NCBI RefSeq assembly: GCF_001457615.1
Contig: NZ_LN831024.1
Coordinates: 2,460,001-2,492,000, forward strand
Source: Pseudomonas aeruginosa
GTDB taxonomy: Bacteria > Pseudomonadota > Gammaproteobacteria > Pseudomonadales > Pseudomonadaceae
Direction of reading: 5' to 3'
Length of the DNA stretch: 32,000 nt
Positions 23,236 through 29,913 of this stretch are shown one piece after another (position 1 is the stretch's first letter; each line of letters starts with the position of its first letter). A model generated the notes under the pieces. The model saw only the letters and a program-made list of their open reading frames with translations. It was not told where the DNA came from and did no database searches. A program made the position numbers and the translations under genes.

Positions 23236-24415
23236 TCGTTCCAGGCTGATGGCCATACCGCCGATCTGGCGCCTGGGCTTCCGCCCGTTCTTCCTCGGCG
23301 GCGCGCTGTTCGCGGTCCTCGCCATCGCGCTCTGGCTGGCGGCGCTGGCCGGGCTCTGGAGCGGCTGGCAACCGGTCGGTGGCTGGCTGGCCTGGCATCG
23401 TCACGAAATGCTCTTCGGTTTCGGCGTGGCGATCATCGCCGGCTTCCTGTTGACCGCCGTGCAGACATGGACCGGCGTACCCGGCCTGCAGGGCAAACCC
23501 CTGGCCCTGCTCGCCGGGCTCTGGCTGGCGGCGCGCCTGGCCTGGCTATTCGATGCGCCGCTGGCGCTGCTGCTGGTGCTGCAACTGAGCTTCCTGCCGC
23601 TATTGGCCTGGGCTATCGGTCGCAGCCTGTGGCGGGTGCGGCAGAAGCGCAATTACCCGGTGGTGGGCCTGTTGCTGCTGTTGACCCTGGCCGACGCCCT
23701 GGTCCTGCTCGGCCTGTTCGAGGGCAACGACGACTGGCAACGGCGTGCCTCCATCGCCGCGCTATGGCTGATCGCCGGGATGATGAACCTGATCGGCGGG
23801 CGGGTGATCCCGTTCTTCACCCAGCGCGGTCTCGGCCGTCAGCAGCAGGTGCCGGCGATCGCCTGGCTGGACAATGGCATCCTGCTGGGCTGCGTGCTGG
23901 TGGCGCTGCTCACCGCCGCGGGCGTCACGACGCAGCCGACGCCCTGGCTTGCAGGACTGTTCGCCGCCCTCGGTGGTGCGCAACTGTGGCGCCTGTGGCG
24001 TTGGCGCGATCGCGGCATCTGGCAGGTGCCGCTGCTCTGGTCTCTGCACCTGGCATATTTCTGGATCGCCGTGGCGCCGCTTGGCATGGCGCTCTGGAGC
24101 CTGGGCCTGGCGCTGGCGCCGAGCCAGGCGCTGCACGCGCTGGCGGTGGGCGGCATGGGCGGGTTGATCCTGGCGATGCTGGCACGGGTCACTCTCGGCC
24201 ATACCGGTCGCGCGCTGCAACCGCCGGCAGCGATGCCCTGGGCTTTCGCTCTGCTCAATCTCGGCTGCGCGGCGCGGGTGTTCCTGCCCAGCCTGTTGCC
24301 GGCGAACTGGGCGCTGCCCCTGGCAGGCGGACTGTGGGCTTTGGCGTTCCTGCTGTTCGCCTGGTTCTATGCGCCGATGCTGTGTCGTCCGCGGGTCGAC
24401 GGCCATCCCGGTTGA
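23222..24415 (+). CDS. nnrS: NnrS-family heme/copper membrane protein (NO-stress associated)
   Basis: Polytopic protein with the NnrS N-terminal signature PIWRLGFRPFFLGGALFAVL...WHRHEMLFGF. The GTG at 23222 has a strong GGGAGG SD 6 nt upstream; the ATG at 23249 is an alternative. Confidence 0.85.
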   Translation: MQVLDRSRLMAIPPIWRLGFRPFFLGGALFAVLAIALWLAALAGLWSGWQPVGGWLAWHRHEMLFGFGVAIIAGFLLTAVQTWTGVPGLQGKPLALLAGLWLAARLAWLFDAPLALLLVLQLSFLPLLAWAIGRSLWRVRQKRNYPVVGLLLLLTLADALVLLGLFEGNDDWQRRASIAALWLIAGMMNLIGGRVIPFFTQRGLGRQQQVPAIAWLDNGILLGCVLVALLTAAGVTTQPTPWLAGLFAALGGAQLWRLWRWRDRGIWQVPLLWSLHLAYFWIAVAPLGMALWSLGLALAPSQALHALAVGGMGGLILAMLARVTLGHTGRALQPPAAMPWAFALLNLGCAARVFLPSLLPANWALPLAGGLWALAFLLFAWFYAPMLCRPRVDGHPG

Positions 24416-24796
24416 TCAGGGGGCTTGCCGCAGACGCCGCAGCTCCTGGTTCAGCCAGTCGGCGGAGTTGCGCGTCTGCGTGGCGCAGCGCACCTGGTAG
24501 GGCTTGCCGCTGAGGCTGCTCTGGGTCGCGGCGCGCTCGATGAAGTCCTCGCTGCTGGCGACCAGGTCCTTGCGCTCCAGGTAGTCGAGCTTCTTCTGCA
24601 GGTGGGCGCGGGCTTCCGCGGCCGGGTATTCGCTGCCGTTGCGGATGAAGGTGCAGCCGCTGTCTTCAACAAAGCTCAGCAAGCGGCCGATCTCCTGGCT
24701 CGCCTGCGGGGAGGGCGCGGCCAGCGCCGGCAGGCTCGAGGCCAGCAGCCAACAGGCGGCGCAGGTAGTCCGCCAGGTAATCGTGAAAGCGCGCAT
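24416..24796 (-). CDS. Exported DUF5329-like protein of unknown function
   Basis: Signal peptide MRAFTITWRTTCAACWLLASSLPALA/AP. The core EIGRLLSFVEDSGCTFIRNGSEYPAAEARAHLQKKLDYL...SSLSGKPYQVRC resembles the DUF5329 family from memory. Its first 131 nt overlap the upstream hydrolase gene. Confidence 0.6.
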   Translation of the reverse strand: MRAFTITWRTTCAACWLLASSLPALAAPSPQASQEIGRLLSFVEDSGCTFIRNGSEYPAAEARAHLQKKLDYLERKDLVASSEDFIERAATQSSLSGKPYQVRCATQTRNSADWLNQELRRLRQAP

Positions 24797-25559
24797 CGTT
24801 CCAGTACTCCATGTGGCTCAACGGGGTGTGCCGCTTGTACCAGGGACCGACCGGCAGGGCGAGGTCCTCGTGGACGACCGCGGCGTAGTTCTGCAACGGC
24901 CGCAGCGGATAGCCGAGCGGATCGGCCGGCGCGTAGACGTTCAGCCAGCGTGCCTGCTGGCGGATGGCCGGGGGCAGGCAGTGGCCGGGAAAGCGGATCG
25001 GACAGACCTTCTCGTAGGCGAAGGTGAACAGCGGGATGTTGCAACCGAAGGTGACCAGCCCGGCCAGGGTTTCCAGGCCGAGGAAGGGGTCGATCGAGCA
25101 ACTCGGCGTGCGGTTGAGTTTCTGCTGGTCCCAGATGAAATTGGACACGATGTGCCCGCCCAGGGAGTGGGCGAGGATCACCAGCGGCGTCTGCGGCCCG
25201 ACTTTCGCGCGCAGGGCCATGATCCCGCTGCGCACGTGCTGGTGGACCTGCTGGTAGGTGGTGTCGTAGGCGGCGCTGACCTTGCGGTAGCCGCTGGCGT
25301 CGCCGAGGAACAGCGTCACCGCCCGGCGCAGCCAGCGCCAGCCCAGCGGCTCGCGCTCGATGCGCTTGAGGTAGTCCAGCTCGCGGGCGTCCAGTACGCT
25401 GGCCCAGTACAGGCTCTGGAAGGCCACCTCGCCGGCTTCCGCGCCGAGACGTCGGCGCAGCGCCGCCACCAGTTCGCGGGCGTAGCTGTGCAGACCGTCC
25501 TCGTCGCGGCTATCGGGCTGGTCGCCGATGCCGTGGATCAGCGCTACGGCCAGTTTCAT
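24666..25559 (-). CDS. Alpha/beta-fold serine hydrolase (lipase/esterase-like)
   Basis: GAAGGA SD 6 nt upstream of the ATG at 25559. N-terminal oxyanion-type HGIGD and nucleophile elbow LAHSLGGH. 297 aa with a low-complexity C-terminal tail. Confidence 0.75.
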   Translation of the reverse strand: MKLAVALIHGIGDQPDSRDEDGLHSYARELVAALRRRLGAEAGEVAFQSLYWASVLDARELDYLKRIEREPLGWRWLRRAVTLFLGDASGYRKVSAAYDTTYQQVHQHVRSGIMALRAKVGPQTPLVILAHSLGGHIVSNFIWDQQKLNRTPSCSIDPFLGLETLAGLVTFGCNIPLFTFAYEKVCPIRFPGHCLPPAIRQQARWLNVYAPADPLGYPLRPLQNYAAVVHEDLALPVGPWYKRHTPLSHMEYWNDARFHDYLADYLRRLLAAGLEPAGAGRALPAGEPGDRPLAELC

Positions 25560-25585
25560 GCAGGATCCTTCTCGTCGGTGGCGGC

Positions 25586-26668
25586 TCAGTCCAGCGCTTG
25601 CAGGCGTTCGCCGAGCCGGCCGCCGTCGACCAGTTCGAGGAATTCGTCGCCGAGCCTGCGGCTTTCCGCCATCGCCTGGCGCCAGTAGCGCTCGCGGCCG
25701 TCGTCGTCGCCGAGGTAGCGGGTGAAGTCCTTGCGGTCCGGCAGCTTGGCGTGCGGCAGGCGCGCCAGGTACTCGCGCGACGGCGCCAGCAGCAGCACGT
25801 CCTGCAGGCGCCCGGCGTCGCCACGGCGCCAGGGCAAGCCCTTGTCGAACCAGCCGGGGATCACCTTGTCGGTGAAGTGCGGGTAGAGCACCACGCCGCG
25901 GTCCTCGTAGGGCAGGTCGAGATGGTAGTCGAGCAGGCCGCCGTCGCGGTAGGTGCCGGGGCCGGCGCCAGGCAGGTCGCGGACGCCTTCCATGACCATC
26001 GGGATCGAGCCGGAGGCGAGCAGCGCCTGGCGCAGGTTGCCGCCGTCCAGGTGCAGGTAGCGCGACGGGAAGTCGGTCAGCGCGGCCAGCGGCGGCGCCT
26101 GGCGGGCGTCATGCAGGATCACCCGTTCGAAGTGGCGGTGCAGATGGCGGCGGCCGATCAGGTTGTCGCGGATCACCGAGGACAGCCCCAGGCCGAGGCT
26201 GGCCTTGTGGTCGTGGGCGAGGCGCCCGTGGCTCTTCACCACCACCACGTTGAGGCGGTACAGCGGGTTGTCGAGGATCCGCGCGTCCTGGCCGGCGAGC
26301 AGGTCGTCGAGCATCGCCGCGCACTTGCGCGAGACTTCGGCGATGCTCACGCCCTTGGGAAAACGCTGCCGGGTGTACAGCTCGCCGAGGCGGGTGAGGC
26401 CGGCCACGGCGTCGGGCAGGCAGGCACTGGCGAAGCGCCAGGAACCGATGGAGGCGCCGATCAGCGAGCGTTCACGCGGGGCGCGCGGCAGCCACTCGCC
26501 GAAGATCGCCAGGTCCAGTCCCTGGATGCCCAGCGCCTTTGGCCCGCCGGCGGCACCGGGGACGATGCCGACGTCGGCCGGCTGCAGGCCGCGTTCGCGG
26601 ATGCGGGCGAGGGCGCGGCGACCGGCCTTGAGGGTCAGTGCGGGGGACTTGATCTGGATGGCTGGCAT
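25586..26668 (-). CDS. Patatin-like phospholipase
   Basis: Glycine-rich oxyanion region VPGAAGGPKALG, GxSxG lipase motif GASIGS, and the catalytic Asp context YRDGGLLDY. GGGAGA SD upstream of the ATG at 26668. 360 aa. Confidence 0.8.
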   Translation of the reverse strand: MPAIQIKSPALTLKAGRRALARIRERGLQPADVGIVPGAAGGPKALGIQGLDLAIFGEWLPRAPRERSLIGASIGSWRFASACLPDAVAGLTRLGELYTRQRFPKGVSIAEVSRKCAAMLDDLLAGQDARILDNPLYRLNVVVVKSHGRLAHDHKASLGLGLSSVIRDNLIGRRHLHRHFERVILHDARQAPPLAALTDFPSRYLHLDGGNLRQALLASGSIPMVMEGVRDLPGAGPGTYRDGGLLDYHLDLPYEDRGVVLYPHFTDKVIPGWFDKGLPWRRGDAGRLQDVLLLAPSREYLARLPHAKLPDRKDFTRYLGDDDGRERYWRQAMAESRRLGDEFLELVDGGRLGERLQALD

Positions 26669-26804
26669 GCTGGTCTTCTCCCTTGCGGACCGGCGATTAT
26701 AGGACGAGTTGTCGCAGGACCAAGCGCTTTCGAACGCCGGCGAGCCCCATCGCAGAGGCTTTCCGTTACCCTATGGCGCGCCCCGGCCATGTCCTTGCGG
26801 CAAA

Positions 26805-26820
26805 TTCAGCTTCAATTAAG
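26805..26820 (+). promoter_or_regulatory. Candidate BqsR (OmpR-family) tandem-repeat box
   Basis: TTCAG-cttcaa-TTAAG: 5-bp direct repeats with an N6 spacer (11-bp periodicity), 63 nt upstream of the bqsP-like ATG. It is one mismatch from the TTAAG-N6-TTAAG consensus as I recall it. Confidence 0.4.
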
Positions 26821-26882
26821 AGCGCCCGGTTAATCTGCAAACCGTCGAAAGCAACACGATTGATTCCCACGGAGAGATTCCC

Positions 26883-27191
26883 ATGAAGAAACTGACTGCC
26901 CTGTTCGCCGCCACCGCCATCGCCCTGACTGCCGGCCTGGCCCAGGCCCGCGACCTCGGCCCGGACGAGGCGCTGAAGCTGCGTGACGCCGGGACCATCA
27001 AGTCCTTCGAAGAGCTGAACAAGAACGCCATCGCCAAGCATCCCGGCTCGAGCGTCCACGATACCGAGCTGGAAGAGGAATACGGCCGCTACATCTACCA
27101 GGTCGAGTTGCGCGACCCGCAGGGCGTGAAATGGGACCTGGAGCTGGATGCCGCTACCGGCGCCGTGCTCAAGGACCACCAGGACGACTGA
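26883..27191 (+). CDS. bqsP: Exported PepSY-domain protein
   Basis: GGAGAG SD and signal peptide MKKLTALFAATAIALTAGLAQA/RD. PepSY-like core YIYQVELRDPQGVKWDLELDAATGAVLK. Acidic C-terminus. Confidence 0.75.
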   Translation: MKKLTALFAATAIALTAGLAQARDLGPDEALKLRDAGTIKSFEELNKNAIAKHPGSSVHDTELEEEYGRYIYQVELRDPQGVKWDLELDAATGAVLKDHQDD

Positions 27192-27505
27192 TGAAGTGGC
27201 TCATGCGCTACGCCGGGATCGTCGCACTGGTCCTGGCGGTCATCAGCCTCGAAGCGATGGCGCGCGACCTGGACCAGGACGAGGTCCTGCGCCTGCGCCA
27301 GGACGGCGTGATACAGCCGCTCGAATCCCTCATGCAGGAAGCCCTGGGGCGTTACCCCGGGGCGCGCCTGCTGGAGGTCGAGCTGGAAGAGGAAGACGAC
27401 GTGTATGTCTACGAGGTGGAGTTGCTCACCCGCGACGGCGTCGTGCGTGAACTGGAACTGGATGCCCGCAACGGCCGCATCCTGAAGGACGAGGAAGACG
27501 ACTGA
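27191..27505 (+). CDS. bqsQ: Exported PepSY-domain protein, paralog of the preceding gene
   Basis: TGATG junction at 27189-27193. Signal/anchor [26 protein letters not shown]. The core [28 protein letters not shown] parallels the upstream gene. Confidence 0.75.
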
Positions 27506-28176
27506 TGCGGTTGCTGCTGGTTGAGGATCACGTTCCCCTGGCCGACGAACTGATGGCCAGCCTGACCCGCCAGGGCTACGCGGTGGACTGGCTGGCCGAC
27601 GGCCGCGACGCGGCGGTGCAGGGCGCCAGCGAACCCTACGACCTGATCATCCTCGACCTCGGCCTGCCCGGGCGTCCCGGCCTGGAGATACTCCAGGAGT
27701 GGCGTGGGCTGGGACTCGCGACTCCGGTGCTGATCCTCACCGCGCGCGGTTCCTGGGCCGAACGCATCGATGGGCTCAAGGCCGGTGCCGACGACTACCT
27801 GACCAAGCCGTTCCATCCGGAAGAGTTGGCCTTGCGCATCCAGGCCCTGTTGCGCCGCGCCCATGGGCTGGCCAACCAGAGCCAGCTGGAGGCCGCTGGG
27901 CTGCGCCTGGACGAGCAGCGCCAGTGCGTGTGCCTGAACGGCGCCGACGTCGACCTGACCGCCGCCGAATTCCGCCTGCTGCGCTATTTCATGCTGCACC
28001 CCGGCCAGGTCCTGTCCAAGGGGCACCTGGCCGAGCATCTGTACGACGGCGAGACCGAACGCGATTCCAACGTCATCGAGGTCCACGTCAACCACCTGCG
28101 GCGCAAGCTCGGCCGCGAGGTGATCGAGACCCGCCGTGGCCAGGGCTACCGCTACGCCGGGGTGGCCGCCGGATGA
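27505..28176 (+). CDS. bqsR: OmpR-family response regulator
   Basis: TGATG junction at 27503-27507. Receiver domain MRLLLVEDH...[11 protein letters not shown]...LTKPF, and a winged-helix output domain ending RGQGYRY. Confidence 0.88.
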
Positions 28177-29510
28177 GGTCGATCCAGCGGCGCCTGAGCG
28201 TCGGCCTGTTCGCGGTGCTGCTGGTGGTCGGGCTGGTCCTCGCGCAGACCGGCCTGTGGCTGTTCGACCAGGGCCTGCGGCGCTATTTCGCCGGCAATCT
28301 GCGCGAGGAGGCGGAGAACCTGCTGGTGGCCATGGTGCGCGGGCCGAACGGCATGCAACTGGACGAGCAACGCCTCAACCCGGCGTTCCAGCGCCCGTAT
28401 TCCGGGCGCTATTTCGTCATCGAGCTGGAAAAGGACACCTGGCGCTCACGCTCCCTGTGGGACAGCGAGCTGGAAGTGCCGCACAAGAAAGGGCTGGTGC
28501 AGGGCCTGGTCGATGGGCCCGAGGAGCAGCGACTGCTGGTGTTCCGCGGCCACTACAAGCGCATGGGCCAGAAGCTGCGGATCGTGGTGGCGCAGGACTA
28601 TACGCCGATCCTGGAAAGCTTCGCCCGTGTGCAGTGGATGGGTCTGGGCGCCGGCGCCCTGGCGCTGCTCCTGGTATTGCTGTTGCAGCGCCTGACCGTG
28701 CGTCGTTCGCTGCGTCCGCTGGAGGAGGTGCGCCTGCAGATCGCCCAGCTGCAGCAGGGCCAGCGCAGCCAACTGGACAACCAGGCTCCCGAGGAACTGG
28801 AGCCGCTGGTGGAGCAGATCAACCACCTGCTGGCGCACACCGAGGAGACCCTGAAGCGTTCGCGCAACGCCCTGGGCAACCTCGGTCACGCCCTGAAGAC
28901 GCCGCTGGCGGTGCTGGTCAGCCTCGCCGAGCGCGAGGAGATGGCGCGCCAGCCGGAGTTGCAACAGGTCCTGCGCGAACAGCTGGAACAGATCCAGCAG
29001 CGCCTCGGTCGCGAGTTGGGCAAGGCGCGCCTGGTCGGCGAAGCCCTGCCTGGCGCACATTTCGATTGCGCCGAGGAGTTGCCGTCGCTGTGCGACACCC
29101 TGCGCCTGATCCACGGCCCGCACCTGCAGGTGAGCTGGAGCGCGCCACCGGGGCTGCGCCTGCCATGGGACCGCGAGGACCTGCTGGAGATGCTCGGCAA
29201 TCTGCTGGACAACGCCTGCAAGTGGGCCGATAGCGAAGTCCGCCTGACTGTCGCGCAGGGCGAGGGCATGGTCCGCCTGAAGGTCGACGATGACGGCCCC
29301 GGCATCCTCCCCGACCAGCGCCAGGCGGTGCTCGAGCGGGGTACCCGGCTCGACGAGCAGGTCAGCGGCCATGGCCTGGGCCTGGGCATCGCGCGCGACA
29401 TCGCCGAGGCCTGCGGTGGCCGCCTGAGTCTCGAGGACAGCCCGCTGGGCGGCCTGCGGGTGAGCGTCGAGTTGCCGTTGCAGAAGAGCGGCCGCGCCGC
29501 CAGGGCTTAA
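28173..29510 (+). CDS. bqsS: Sensor histidine kinase (2 TM, periplasmic loop with RExxE, HAMP, HisKA, HATPase_c)
   Basis: ATGA junction at 28173-28176. H-box [16 protein letters not shown]-box [10 protein letters not shown]1 DDDGPGI and G2 [13 protein letters not shown] lies at 28302-28316, just after TM1. Confidence 0.88.
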
Positions 29511-29600
29511 CAGTTCTTCACCATTTGCCGACAGTCCCGGCAAGATTTCCTCCTGCGCTTTCCCTAGCATCCCGGGCTTCTTGCAAGGAGGTCTTGGACG

Positions 29601-29909
29601 ATGAAACGGCGGACGGGTACGGGCCGCTGGCGCTGGGCGCTGATGCTGCCGGTGCTGGTGTTCCTGTTGGGCGAGTCCAGTGGACAGCGAGAGGAGGGGC
29701 GGTCGCCGCGGTTACCCGCGCAGGCTCGCTACGAGCAGGCCGTGGAAAACGCGTTGCGCAGCGAGCGCGGCGAGCCGCGACAGGCCGGGACAGCGGCAGC
29801 GAAGGTGGCCGAGGCGGGAGCCCCGGCGCGTCTGCGTGGCTGGCTGCGCTCGCTGGCCCGCCTGGCGATCTGGGGGACCTACGGCCCCCCGGCGCTATTC
29901 AGGCCGTGA
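29601..29909 (+). CDS. bqsT: Hypothetical small membrane/exported protein, last gene of the bqs-like operon
   Basis: Strong AAGGAGG SD 7 nt upstream of the ATG at 29601. N-terminal hydrophobic segment WALMLPVLVFLLG. The rest is low-complexity and Arg/Ala-rich, so coding status is less certain. Confidence 0.5.
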   Translation: MKRRTGTGRWRWALMLPVLVFLLGESSGQREEGRSPRLPAQARYEQAVENALRSERGEPRQAGTAAAKVAEAGAPARLRGWLRSLARLAIWGTYGPPALFRP

Positions 29910-29913
29910 ACGG

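Noticed and set aside
21736-23404. Minus-strand ORFs 21736..23325 (529 aa) and 22838..23404, and + strand ORFs 22041-23249
   Set aside because: They are antisense or out-of-frame to fhp, the terminator and nnrS, and show low-complexity Arg/Gly/Pro composition.
23467-24513. 348-aa + strand ORF and several minus-strand ORFs inside nnrS
   Set aside because: They are out-of-frame with the NnrS reading frame, which carries the family signature. Their Arg/Ala/Gly/Pro-rich translations are not consistent with a membrane protein locus.
24425-26833. + strand ORFs 24425..25027, 24639..25688 and 25598..26833 (411 aa)
   Set aside because: They are antisense to the DUF5329-like, hydrolase and patatin genes, each of which has catalytic or signal motifs and an SD.
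26816-26834. TTAAG-N9-TTAAT as the BqsR box
   Set aside because: The spacing is 14 bp centre to centre, not the 11 bp expected for an OmpR-family tandem site. The in-phase pair TTCAG-N6-TTAAG (26805-26820) is the better candidate.
27699-29570. N-terminal extension of the kinase ORF (27699 start, 603 aa), ORF 28136..29233 (+) and ORF 28446..29570 (-)
   Set aside because: The extension overlaps the response regulator out of frame. The ATG at 28173 on an ATGA junction gives a normal TM1-first kinase. The others are out-of-frame or antisense high-GC artefacts.
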